Part shown: positions 8,920-19,802 of the stretch, piece after piece
Position numbering within the stretch: the stretch's first letter is position 1
How the letters are laid out: every line of letters starts with the position of its first letter
Assembly: GCA_937951615.1 (NCBI GenBank)
Contig: CALFBH010000004.1
Span: 63,228 to 127,227 of the forward strand
Direction of reading: 5' to 3'
From: an uncultured Saprospiraceae bacterium
Lineage (GTDB): Bacteria > Bacteroidota > Bacteroidia > Chitinophagales > Saprospiraceae
Length of the DNA stretch: 64,000 nt
Notes under the pieces: generated by a model
The model's database searches: none
Told to the model about the DNA's origin: nothing
The model's input: only the letters and a program-made list of their open reading frames with translations
Position numbers and translations under genes: made by a program

Positions 8920-11649
8920 ATGAATTCATACCTGACATATTGCAAAGAAAATGGCAGAATAGCCAGAGAGATAGAAGGCAACCTGCGTTCGGCAGGAGCA
9001 GAATTTACGCATGACACACGCGATGAAACCGAACAAAGTCGGCTCAAGCGGGAAATGCGATTAAATCAAAATCCGGTTTTTCTCTTGATTAGCGATAATT
9101 TCCTGAAATCGGCAGAATGCATGCGCGGAGCATTGTCTTTTATTACTGACATGGGAATTGCCAAAAACATTTGCCCGATAATCGTGGATGGTGTGGAAGC
9201 AGATGAGACGACTTATGCGACCAAGATAAAAAAAGCTCAAAAGTATATCGACTATTGGGAGGAAGAATATAAGGAATTGCGCGCTCGAAAGGGCAATATT
9301 TCTCCACAAGAAAAAGAGACCTACAACTGGCGTGTAATGATTGTCAGGCGAATTTCTAATGAAATTGGCACTTTCATGAAGGAGTTAAAAAAACTCAATC
9401 CGGTTCCCTATAAAGATTTTAAAGCGGATAATTTTAAATCCTTTTTTGCTGCACACGGGCTGGCTGATAGTTCTGCTCACCAGAGCTTCACTTCTGTTCC
9501 TACAGAGACCATAATTGTCGAAGAAAAAAAGACCAGTTTTATTCCGCCCATTATTCCTGTAAAAAACCCTTTTGGTAAAAAAACAGACGATATACTAGAA
9601 CTTACACTTGATGGTGATACTACAGAAACGCTTGAAGAAGTTGTAACAGAACAGGCAGCAGAAATTTTGCCAGATGTCCCCGAAGTGGAAGTTCCTGAAA
9701 CGGTAAGCGAAGTACAAGAAAGCATCACAGAAAAAGTGGAGGAGGTCTTGCCCGAAGTTCCCGAAGTCGAAATTCCTGAAACCGTGGCAGAAAAAGTAGA
9801 GGAAGTCTTGCCGGAAGTTCCTGAACCTACAGTTGAGGTAGACGCACAACTTGAGGCTATTGCGGAAGAAGTGAAAACACCTGAAGTAGAAATAGAAACA
9901 CCGACTCTCGAATTTGAAGAAAGCATCACTACAGAAGATGAATTAAAAACTGCCCTTCCTGACGCACTTGAATTTGAAGCGGGTGTTGCACCACCAGTTG
10001 TAGAGGAACTTAGAGTTGAAGACCTCATAGAACAGGAGGAAATCATCATGGAAAATAGTATTCAGGCAGCTCCTGTTCTCGAAGAGAAAGGCAAATTAAG
10101 TTGGCAGGATGCTTATGATGCTGAGGATCGAGGGGAGTATGACTTGGCGCGTGCGCATTATGAAACCTTGTTGGAAAAAACGCCTTATCATGCGGACGGG
10201 CATTTTCATTATGGGATGCTGTTGCTGGAAAAATTTGGGGATAAAGAAGGTGCAAGAAGCCATTTTGAAACTACGGTCAATCAGAAAAGCAAACATACTG
10301 AAGGCTGGGTACAACTGGCTAGACTAGCTGAGCAGGATGAAGATTATCTATTGGCGAAAAGCTATTATGAAAAAGTAGTTGGGCTAGATGCAGAGCATGC
10401 TGATGCGCACTATCGGCTGGGCAATCTTGTTTCCCGTTATTTTGATGATCAGCCGGAAACTGCTGCTGATTATTATAAAAAGACGCTTGAACTCGCGCCC
10501 GACCATGCCGATGCTCATTACGAATATGCTGCCTTATTGAGCGAGCATTTTGAATCTTATGATGAAGCGCGTAAACAATTGGAACAAGTCATCGAGATTA
10601 ATCCAGACCATCCTTTTGCTTATTATGACCTAGCGAAACTGTACCAAAGAAAAGGCAAAAAGAAAACAGCTTATTCTTATTATAAAAAAGCCGTAAAAAC
10701 GAATAGCATTTTCAAAACGGACACCAATGATAAGTTCTTTAAAAAGCCTAAAAAGAAGAAGAAAAAGAAAAAAGCAAATAAGAAGAAGTATAAAGAGTTA
10801 TTGGAAATCCACCATATAGAGCCGGTTTTCCAGCCTGTCGTCGAAGATGTTCAGGAGGAAGAAATCATAGACGAAACGCCAAAGGAATTGATCCTCATCA
10901 CTGGTGCAACCTCTGGAATCGGGGAAGCAACGGCGAGGTTATTTGCCAAAAAAGGACATAATATCATTATTACAGGCAGGCGGCAAGAACGCTTAGAAGA
11001 TTTGCAAAACAATTTGCAAGAAGCCCATGAGGTGCAGGTTCAAACGCTTGCTTTTGATGTCCGCAATCCAAGTGCAGTCGAAAAAGCAATAGACTCACTG
11101 GATGAAGACTGGAAAAATGTAGATATTTTGGTCAATAATGCCGGACTAGCGAAAGGCTTCTCCCCTATCCACGAAGGCTCGCTAGAAGACTGGGAAACGA
11201 TGATCGACACCAATATCAAAGGGCTACTCTATATGACTCGCGCTGTATCGCCGGGCATGGTCGGTCGTGGTGTTGGGCATATTATCAATGTCGGCTCTAG
11301 TGCAGGCAAAGAAGTGTATCCGAATGGCAATGTCTATTGTGGCACCAAACATGCTGTGGAAGCCCTCACACAAGGGATGCGCATGGACTTGGTGAAACAT
11401 GGCTTGCGAGTCAGTTCGGTATCGCCCGGACATGTAGAAACCGAATTTGCTTTAGTCCGTTTTGACGGCAATGAAGAAAGAGCGGATAAAGCCTACGAAG
11501 ATTTCAGTCCGCTGACAGCAGAAGATGTAGCAGAGGTGATTTATTTCATCGTTACTCGCCCAGATCATGTCAATATCCAGGATGTGGCTATGTTTTCAAA
11601 ACAACAAGCTTCTAACATGGTGATTGACCGGAGTGGGAAGGTGGAGTGA
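8920..11649 (+). CDS. TIR-like domain + acidic linker + TPR repeats + YdfG-type SDR fusion protein
   Basis: N-terminal YLTYC...FLLISDNFLKSAECM...ICPIIVD (TIR-like); E/P/V-rich repeats; TPRs (P.HADAHY.Y/LA); poly-Lys; SDR motifs TGATSGIG, NNAG, YCGTK. Confidence 0.85.
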   Translation: MNSYLTYCKENGRIAREIEGNLRSAGAEFTHDTRDETEQSRLKREMRLNQNPVFLLISDNFLKSAECMRGALSFITDMGIAKNICPIIVDGVEADETTYATKIKKAQKYIDYWEEEYKELRARKGNISPQEKETYNWRVMIVRRISNEIGTFMKELKKLNPVPYKDFKADNFKSFFAAHGLADSSAHQSFTSVPTETIIVEEKKTSFIPPIIPVKNPFGKKTDDILELTLDGDTTETLEEVVTEQAAEILPDVPEVEVPETVSEVQESITEKVEEVLPEVPEVEIPETVAEKVEEVLPEVPEPTVEVDAQLEAIAEEVKTPEVEIETPTLEFEESITTEDELKTALPDALEFEAGVAPPVVEELRVEDLIEQEEIIMENSIQAAPVLEEKGKLSWQDAYDAEDRGEYDLARAHYETLLEKTPYHADGHFHYGMLLLEKFGDKEGARSHFETTVNQKSKHTEGWVQLARLAEQDEDYLLAKSYYEKVVGLDAEHADAHYRLGNLVSRYFDDQPETAADYYKKTLELAPDHADAHYEYAALLSEHFESYDEARKQLEQVIEINPDHPFAYYDLAKLYQRKGKKKTAYSYYKKAVKTNSIFKTDTNDKFFKKPKKKKKKKKANKKKYKELLEIHHIEPVFQPVVEDVQEEEIIDETPKELILITGATSGIGEATARLFAKKGHNIIITGRRQERLEDLQNNLQEAHEVQVQTLAFDVRNPSAVEKAIDSLDEDWKNVDILVNNAGLAKGFSPIHEGSLEDWETMIDTNIKGLLYMTRAVSPGMVGRGVGHIINVGSSAGKEVYPNGNVYCGTKHAVEALTQGMRMDLVKHGLRVSSVSPGHVETEFALVRFDGNEERADKAYEDFSPLTAEDVAEVIYFIVTRPDHVNIQDVAMFSKQQASNMVIDRSGKVE

Positions 11650-11717
11650 TTGGTGTATTGGTGATTCGTGATTGGTAAATTAGTTGATTAAGTTATTGCT
11701 TATTGAGTGCGTGTTGT

Positions 11718-11846
11718 CCTCGGTTTCGCTCGGACAAGCGAAGTATCGGTGAATACAATATCGTATAAATAAGATAAAAATCCCAGGTTGCCACGAAGTA
11801 GGCAGCCGCAGGAGAAGTCCCTCTCTGCCGAAGGATGGAGAGGCTA
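11718..11846. repeat. Cluster of REP-like short hairpins between convergent genes
   Basis: TGTCC..GGACA, GGTTGCC-acgaagta-GGCAGCC and CCTCTC..GAGAGG inverted repeats. Confidence 0.45.
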
Positions 11847-11983
11847 GGTGAGGCATATGGGTGATTGGCTATTGGTAACTGGTTGATTGGAATATTGGTA
11901 GCTAAATCAGAATATTGACATTCATTCAAAGCAAAAAAACTAAGTTGCCACGACACTCTCCTGCAAAATACATATATAAAATA

Positions 11984-12027
11984 AAAAAACGGAATTTGGA
12001 CTGTTTTAGTCTAAATCCCGCTTTTTA
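11984..12027 (-). terminator. Probable intrinsic (bidirectional) terminator after the DUF3276 gene
   Basis: A-tract / CGG-AATTTGGACT-gtttt-AGTCTAAAT-CCCG / T-tract. Confidence 0.55.
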
Positions 12028-12047
12028 ATATTTTTCAAGCGAAGTTT

Positions 12048-12494
12048 TTACCACTTCATATCATCCTCATCGACTGGCTCAGAAGGTGGTTCTGGCTCTG
12101 GGCTGTCAATGGGAGAATCTGTTTGCTCTGGAATAGCATCATCTGCTGGCGTGGTAGAAATACCTGCTGCTTCTGCGGCATCTTCAGCCGCTCTTTTGGC
12201 TTCATATTCTTCATGACGACGTGTATATTCATCATAATCATAATCAGGCATTAAGTCTGTTTTGACATGATTAATAGCCTTATTTAAGCCTGCCATGAAA
12301 CGATTGAAATCTTCTTTGTACAAAAAGATTTTGTGTCGCTCATAACCATCACCGTTGAAGCGGCGCGTGCTTTCCGTTATCGTCAGATAATAATCTTCGC
12401 CACGAGTCTGGCGTACATCAAAAAAATAGGTACGCCGTTTACCGGCACGTATTTTTTCGGAAAAAACACTTTCAAATTTTCGTCTATCGTCCAC
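12048..12494 (-). CDS. DUF3276 / PUR-like nucleic-acid-binding protein
   Basis: Motif RAGKRRTYFFDVR..DYYLTITES..ERHKIFLYKEDF; GTG start. Confidence 0.9.
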   Translation of the reverse strand: MDDRRKFESVFSEKIRAGKRRTYFFDVRQTRGEDYYLTITESTRRFNGDGYERHKIFLYKEDFNRFMAGLNKAINHVKTDLMPDYDYDEYTRRHEEYEAKRAAEDAAEAAGISTTPADDAIPEQTDSPIDSPEPEPPSEPVDEDDMKW

Positions 12495-12584
12495 TGCTGA
12501 AAAAGGTTTTGGGTAAAAAAATTTGATTTTTGTCTAGATATAATTTTTACAAAAATAATTAAATGAATCGCAATTTAAAAAAAA

Positions 12585-14381
12585 TCACGCTTTAATTTCC
12601 CTGACTTCTGACTTTTGTTTCTCCAACATATCAAAATAAAAGCCTTTCCTTGTCACAAGTTCTTCGTGTGTACCTGCTTCAATAATCTGCCCATCTTCGA
12701 GGACAATAATTTTATCAAACTGCAATAAAGCATAAATTCTGTGCGTGATAATGATGGCTGTTTTATCTGATAAAGCAGTGTTCAAATAGCCCAAAATAGT
12801 CTGTTCTGTCGTGGCATCTACAGCTGACAAACAATCGTCCAAAATAATGATGTCTGGCTCTTTGACCAAAGCCCTTGCAATGGAAATTCGTTGTTTTTGT
12901 CCGCCAGAAAGTGTCACTCCACGTTCGCCAACTATCGTATCAAAACCTTTACTCAAACCCATAATCTCCTGATAAACAGCAGCATATTTTGAAAATTCAA
13001 TGATTTTATCGCGTTCTATACCTGTTGTACCAAAAGACAAATTGGTCTCTACGGTATCCGAAAACAAAAAGCCATCCTGTGGTACATACCCCATCCGTTG
13101 GCGCAAAGAAGCAAGGCTATAGGTCTTAATATCCTGCCCGTCCAGCAATACTTTCCCGCCGCTCACATCGTACAGTCGCACCAGCAAATCTGCTATCGTC
13201 GTTTTGCCAGATCCTGTGCGCCCGATGATGGCCATTTTTTGTCCGGGTTTCAGTTCAAAAGAGATATTACGCAAAGCCTCAATACCTGTATCAGGATAGG
13301 TAAATCTTACATTTTGAAAACTTATTTTCCCATCGAACTGTTCGACAGAAATCGTATTTTTTTCATCTTTTATGGCTGGTTCAGTCTCCAAAAACTCATT
13401 TATCCGCTTTTGCGAGGCTGCTGCCTGTTGTACAATTGAGGCTACCCAGCCTATCGCCGTGACGGGCCAGGTCAGCATATTGACATAGATAACAAACTCT
13501 GCAATATTGCCCGGTGTAATGTTGCCTTTGATGACTTGAATACCGCCAACGTAGATGGTAATAATCGTACTCATGCCAATCAGCAAGAGCATCAAAGGAT
13601 GAAATAATGCCTGCACCCGTGCCAATTCCATGGTCTTACCTTTGTAGGATTCGCTTTCGCCTGCGAAAAAACGTCCCATTGGTCCTTCCTGTACATAAGA
13701 TTTGATGACTCGAATGCCGGAATACACTTCTTGTGCTGCGCTGTTCAATACAGAAAGTTGCTTTTGTATGGCTTCACTTTTTTTATTGATTAAATTGCTG
13801 ACATAATAGATGGAAATGGATAAAAATGGTAAAGGTAGCAAAGCATATAAAGTCAGCTCCCGACTGACACTTAGCATCGCATAAATGACCATCGCAAATA
13901 AGCCGACCAAATTGATGGCATACATGATGGCTGGACCGAGGTACATACGTACTTTTCCCACATCTTCTGTAATGCGGGCCATCAGGTCGCCTGTATTATT
14001 TTTTTTGTAAAATGCTAAATCCAGATTTTCATAATGCACAAAAATTTCATTGCGCAGGTCGTATTCAATCAGGCGGGACATCACAATAATCGTCTGCCGC
14101 ATAAAATACATAAATACGCCCATGATTAAGGCCAGCACCAAGACCGTTATTCCAAAAAACAACAAAATACCTGCGAGAGAAGCGTAAAGCTTTGCCTGTG
14201 CATCAAAGCCTGCATACATGCGATACAGGCTGATATTTTCTACCACCAAATCGAGCGCGTGGCGCACCATCCTTGGTTGTAAAATTCTGAAATAATTTTG
14301 CCCAAACACCAGCAAAGTCCCGATGATGAGATGCCATTTGTACTGAACAAAATATTTATTGAGATAAAAAAGGTACTTCAT
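12585..14381 (-). CDS. ABC transporter, fused permease/ATPase (MdlA/MsbA-like)
   Basis: N-terminal TM domain; Walker A GRTGSGKT; LSGGQKQR; ILDDCLSAVD. Start taken at MKYLFYLNKY. Confidence 0.92.
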   Translation of the reverse strand: MKYLFYLNKYFVQYKWHLIIGTLLVFGQNYFRILQPRMVRHALDLVVENISLYRMYAGFDAQAKLYASLAGILLFFGITVLVLALIMGVFMYFMRQTIIVMSRLIEYDLRNEIFVHYENLDLAFYKKNNTGDLMARITEDVGKVRMYLGPAIMYAINLVGLFAMVIYAMLSVSRELTLYALLPLPFLSISIYYVSNLINKKSEAIQKQLSVLNSAAQEVYSGIRVIKSYVQEGPMGRFFAGESESYKGKTMELARVQALFHPLMLLLIGMSTIITIYVGGIQVIKGNITPGNIAEFVIYVNMLTWPVTAIGWVASIVQQAAASQKRINEFLETEPAIKDEKNTISVEQFDGKISFQNVRFTYPDTGIEALRNISFELKPGQKMAIIGRTGSGKTTIADLLVRLYDVSGGKVLLDGQDIKTYSLASLRQRMGYVPQDGFLFSDTVETNLSFGTTGIERDKIIEFSKYAAVYQEIMGLSKGFDTIVGERGVTLSGGQKQRISIARALVKEPDIIILDDCLSAVDATTEQTILGYLNTALSDKTAIIITHRIYALLQFDKIIVLEDGQIIEAGTHEELVTRKGFYFDMLEKQKSEVREIKA

Positions 14382-14448
14382 AGGTTGAAACTCAAATGCA
14401 AAAAACAAACTCAAACTCAAATGTAAATTATTTTGACATTTTATTTAT

Positions 14449-14631
14449 TTTGGACTTTGGACAATGGGACATTAGGAAATTGGGGTATTCGATAAAGCTT
14501 TGATTATTAATTTTTAACAAAAAAAATACATTCTTTTTTATTTAATAAAAAATACATTCCTGATAATCAGTACTTTAAAATTTTAAACCTAATTTCCCAA
14601 TACCCTAATTCCCTTTTGTCCAAAGTCCAAA
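14449..14631. repeat. Inverted-repeat element in a divergent intergenic region
   Basis: TTTGGACTTTGGACAA (about 14449) versus TTGTCCAAAGTCCAAA (about 14616). Confidence 0.55.
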
Positions 14632-14802
14632 TTTATTAGTCTTACAACAAAGTTAGACAAGATATTCTCTAATTAAACCATTTAGTAAAAAATAAATACC
14701 TAAGCAGCTATTTGTCAGTGTAATATTTTTTTACGACATTTAACTCGATAAAAGAACACACCGGATCTTTCCGGCTATTTATCACCTTAAAAATCTTAGA
14801 CC

Positions 14803-17800
14803 ATGAAAACTAAAATCACCTTTACCCCCCCCGAAAACAATTTAACTTATTTTTAATCTGTTTATTTTCCATTTCTACAAGTATGCTGACTGCCCAGACC
14901 TATGTCAATAAAGAATGGGTACAAAGCTCTGGCACACCAGATGAAGCGATTGACTGGCAGGCTTCGGTATTGGATGTCAATGGAGACATTCTGATAACGA
15001 CCAATACGACAACAGCAGGTCAGTCCACCAATATCCTGACCACTAAAGTCAGCGCAGAAGACGGCAGCATTCTTTGGGAAAAAGAGTATAATCATCCCGC
15101 CAATGACAAAGACTATGGTACTGCTATTGCCACAGACGCAGCAGGCAACGTCTATGTAGCTGGTGCTGCTAATATTCCCGGTGCAGGCTATGACTTTGTG
15201 CTGCTGAAATATGCAGATGACGGCTCTTTGCAATGGAGCAAAACCTACGATGGCATTTCTGCACAAAACGATGTACCTGTAGCTATTGCCGTGGATGGTG
15301 CAGGTAATGTATATGTAACAGGCGGCAGCCAGAACGGTACAGCACTTATTGATTACTGTACGATAAAATATGATGCAAATGGCAATCAATTATGGCTGGC
15401 TCATTACGATTATAACAGCCTCTATGACGCACCGATTGCCTTACAAATCGACCCGCAGGGCGATATTGTCGTAACGGGTGTGAGTGCTGAAAACACAAGC
15501 AACTGGGAGTCTGCTACCATAAAATACGATGCGAGTGACGGAACACAAATTGCGGAAAGCCGCATTGAGCAGTCCGCAGGCATAGCTGAGCCTGCCGATT
15601 TTACGATGGACGATAATGGCAATTTTTACATCACCGGAAAAACAAGTGCAGATGGCGTGAACTATGACATTCGCACCATAAAATTAACGGCGAACCTCGA
15701 CATCGCCTGGGTACAGGACTATGATGCAGCAGGTTTAGAAGATGCCGGCGTCAGTATAGATGTGGATGCACAGGGCAATATATTTGTCGGCGGTTACATC
15801 CACGATTCAGGCGGTACACGAAAGGCACTTGTGCTTCGCTATGACGCTGACGGCACACAAGTCTCCGATGAAACGATAAATACGAGTGCTGATACCGAAA
15901 TGACCATAGAACATATTAAGGTAGAAGAAAGTATCGTGCTGCTTACAGGCAAAATGGAGACTTCGGGCAGCAGCAAAATGTTTGCCCGCGCACAGGACAC
16001 GGACAATCAATTATTGTGGCAAAAGCAGGCATCCGGCAGTACGGAAAGCACCGGAAAAACGATTTTAATGGCTGACAATTCGCTCTCTGCGGAAGCTGAT
16101 AAAGGGGTGTTTATTACAGGAACTTCGGAAGGCAATGCGAGTATTATGACCACGACGGCCAAGTATAGCCGGTTTAATCCACCAACAGACGTCATCACAA
16201 ATAATGAAGGTGAACCTTTATATATGGACAGAATGGTGATTAGCCGTTTTCACAGAAATGCCGTCATAATAGAAAACATTGACAACAGAGACCTTACTTT
16301 TGGTCGGGCAGGTACTTTTCTGACGCCCGACGCGATAGCTATATTAAACCAAAATCTGAGTTTTGATATGAATCAGGCTTATCTCATCAAAATATTTCCA
16401 CAGTTGAGCAGTACGCTCAAATATTCGGAAAATCGGCTGGGCAGACAGGTACGTGTACCCGACTTTTGGACAAGTTTTGTGGTGGTGCTTCCACAATTTG
16501 CTACGTTGTCTCCCCTAAACCAGGTGACGGTATCACAGGCCTCGGCTGAGTTGGAACTGGTGCGGTCGGTGGTGCGGTATGCACATCCGAACCATATTAC
16601 ATCTGTCACAGGCTATGACATAGAAGCTTCAACACCTCCTAATGACCCACGCTACGAAGAACAATTATCACTCCATTATGTTCCTGGAAATCCACAAAGT
16701 TGCGATACTTGTCATATCAATATTGAGCCTGCTTGGAACGTCAGCGTAGGCAGACCAGAAATCAAGGTAGGGGTGTTTGATAGTGGTATCTACTGGAAAC
16801 ACGAAGACTTTGGATATGATGAATTTACTCCGAACAGTTCTGTGGTAAAAGGTGGTTGGTCTTTTAACACAGGAACAGTAGAGGGTCTTGACATGTTTAA
16901 TTTTCCTGATATTTCTCTTGCAGCTCAGACCGACCATGGTACCAGATGTGCTGGAATTATTGGTGCAGTTAAAGATAATGGTATAGGTATTGCAGGCATT
17001 GCGGGAGGAACAGATACCGATACACCTGGAGTATCTCTTTATGCTTTAAAAATTTTAAATTCCAACAACAATTTATTTTTTAGTCAGACAAACTTCGCTG
17101 CCGCTGCGATTATGAGTAGTTCTTTAAATAATGTGGACAGCATGGATTATGATTATGGGCTGCATATTCAAAATCATAGCTGGTCATTTAAAGGAGGTAA
17201 CGTCAGTTTTCAGCAAAATCAATTGGTCAGAGACGCAGTACATTTTGCTAATAGAATGCAGGTAATATTAGCTGCTGCCAGAGGAAATGACCTTAGTCCA
17301 AACGGAACAACAGACTTTCCTGCCTGCTATAATGATGAATGGGTGATGAATGTGGGTGGTTCTAGTGAAAATGGAAATTATTGGGACTATGCAGAATTTG
17401 GTTATAATCTTGATTTTGTAGCTCCAGCAGATTCAACTGGTGTCATTCTAAGTTTAAAATCAAGTTTGACCGGTAATGAATATGCTGAATTTAATGCGAC
17501 CTCTGCCGCTACTGCCCATGTATCTGGTGTAGCTGCACTTATGCTAAGTCATGCCAATGACTCTGCTGCTACCTATAACAACCTCGCCCCCGAAGATGTG
17601 GAATGGATATTAGAGAATACGGCAAAAGATATTTCGGATATTAATAATCTCAATATTAATCCTGGCTATGATGACTATACAGGACATGGACTTATTAATG
17701 CAGGGAAAGCTATGGAATTATTGCAATTTCCTTATGAGGTCAGACATATCAGTTCAAAGACTTCGCCTACAGACTATAATATTTTGCAAACCGCTGTCAA

Positions 17801-18485
17801 TGCTACGATTTATTACGAAGAACCTTATGATGTAGGAGAATATCCAATAGAAGATAGTACAGCTTATGAGGGGGATATATACAAAGTCACGGCAACCGTT
17901 GAGCATAACATCGGAATGGATAGTATTGCTGGTATATGGGAGCGACATTCCATGTCTAATCTTTTTAAAGAAGGAACTCCACTTATTAATCCTCCCAATT
18001 TTTACGACCTACTCCCTCACGAACAGGTGTATCTTGAAAATCATACTACAAATGAGGCAATTTTGCATGGTTTTGTATATCACTTAAAATACAAATTCGT
18101 GAATAATATGCCTATGCTGGTAGATGAATGGATACCGTTCGATCCATATAATCAAGAAGATAGCCTTTGTGTAGAATACTCGCTGCTATTGAAAAACAAT
18201 ACCAATAGCATTCCTACAATTGAGAAGGAAGATGTCTCTCTTTCTATTATTCCAAATCCTTCGGAGAGTACGCACACCTTATCAATGAATTTGTCCGAAA
18301 CGACTGATATTAATATCGCATTATATGATATGCAAGGCAGACTACTTCACATTATATATGAAGGTATATTGCCACAGGGTAAAAATAATATTAGCAATGA
18401 TATTAGTAGATTATCCCCTGGCATGTATTTCTATCGTATTACAGGCGACAGATGGCAAACTCTTGACAAATTTGTGAAGCTGTAA
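14803..18485 (+). CDS. T9SS-secreted S8 subtilase with N-terminal SBBP beta-propeller; signal peptide frameshifted at a C8 tract (continuous ORF 14883-18485)
   Basis: D..GNVYVTG propeller repeats; catalytic triad VGVFDSG, DHGTRCAG, ATSAATAHVSG; CTD IIPNP..LYDMQGR..PGMYFY..KFVKL. The ATG at 14803 needs +1 nt to join the frame. Confidence 0.88.
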
Positions 18486-18499
18486 CAACCTAACTCTCA

Positions 18500-18532
18500 T
18501 TCCGATCCAGCTATTACTTAGCCGGATCGGAA
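18500..18532 (+). terminator. Stem-loop between the protease and the first propeller gene (terminator or mRNA stabiliser)
   Basis: TTCCGATCC-AGCTA...TAGC-C-GGATCGGAA; weak U-tract. Confidence 0.5.
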
Positions 18533-18547
18533 ATAATTTTCTCTGTT

Positions 18548-19687
18548 ATGAAATACAAATATGTATTATGCTTCTATCTGGTGTGTGTGTTATTGATTTC
18601 AGGCACTTGCAAGAAAGAAAACTTATTGACACTATTAACATCGTGTACTCACGATTTCAGCGAGGTTGTAAAGAATGAAGAATATAAAGTACTCCCAGCA
18701 CCTTGTCCAACTGGGATATGGTATGAAGAAGAACCACCATTAAGTGCCTATAACTACTACTCTCCTGTTTTCAATCCAAACAATCCAAATCAAATTGCAT
18801 ATATACGCTTTGATACACTTGCGCCATATCAGCAAAAGGGAGCTTTAGAGCTTCATACTTTTGATTTTTGTTCTGGTGAAGTAAGTATTGTAAATAGAGA
18901 TTCTATTGTAAGTTATACTGTAGAGTGGAGTAGTAAAGACTGGCTGTTATACAGAAAATGGTTCAAAGATATTTATAAAATAAAATCGAACGGTCAGTCC
19001 AAAACAAAAGTTGTTGATACATATATTAGTTTAAGCCAGAATCGCATTCCCATTTGGAGCGGCTCAGGTGATCATTTAGCCTGGTCAGGTGATGAACGAC
19101 CATTAATATACGGACTTTATGATAACAGCACCTGTGGTTTTGTGATTATGAACGAAAACGGTATGAAAGTCGACACCATATCCGAGTTTTGCAAGGTAGT
19201 TCCAAGCGGAGGTGTTCTATTTCAGAATTTTAATCTGAATCTTGAAATTGCCGACCATTTTTCATGGAGCAAAGACAACACAAAAATAGCTTGCGATGCA
19301 AGTGCCTATGTAGATTATCTATATTTATACGGCTTATTTTATTATGATTTTACTTTAGATGAAATAGTTTTTGTAGATGACCTGAATGCTTACCCTTGGT
19401 ACGGCAAAGTCACCGACACCGACTGGACACCCGACAGCCGAAAACTGGTGTGGAGTACGGAGCGCAGCGTCGGTTGGAAAGACATCTATTCCGGCGAAAG
19501 AAAAATCATCCTCACCGGACATGAAAACAGAAAGTATGAAAGCATAGATGTATCGCCCGACGGCAAAACCATTGCCATAGAACGCCTGAACAGGGTAAAC
19601 GTAAACGGCTGCACCAAAGTGGAACGAGCTATTTATCTGGTGAATATGGACGGCACGGATGAACGAAGGGTTTTGGTACCAGAGTAA
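18548..19687 (+). CDS. TolB/PD40-like beta-propeller lipoprotein
   Basis: Lipobox ISGTC-KKE; WS/SPDG repeats; C-terminal IYLVNMDGTDERRV. Confidence 0.8.
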   Translation: MKYKYVLCFYLVCVLLISGTCKKENLLTLLTSCTHDFSEVVKNEEYKVLPAPCPTGIWYEEEPPLSAYNYYSPVFNPNNPNQIAYIRFDTLAPYQQKGALELHTFDFCSGEVSIVNRDSIVSYTVEWSSKDWLLYRKWFKDIYKIKSNGQSKTKVVDTYISLSQNRIPIWSGSGDHLAWSGDERPLIYGLYDNSTCGFVIMNENGMKVDTISEFCKVVPSGGVLFQNFNLNLEIADHFSWSKDNTKIACDASAYVDYLYLYGLFYYDFTLDEIVFVDDLNAYPWYGKVTDTDWTPDSRKLVWSTERSVGWKDIYSGERKIILTGHENRKYESIDVSPDGKTIAIERLNRVNVNGCTKVERAIYLVNMDGTDERRVLVPE

Positions 19688-19802
19688 TTCATTTATCAGG
19701 GTTCATTTATCATTTCCAATAGGGCGTGTTCATTTTCTAATAGATGTGTACAAGTTCTGTATGATAAATGTTAAATGGTCAATGATAAATGTTCAATGAC
19801 AA

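Noticed and set aside
11693..11956. 87-aa minus-strand ORF or a possible tRNA/riboswitch
   Set aside because: No cloverleaf or known aptamer consensus is visible, and the region is made of short hairpins and microsatellites between convergent genes.
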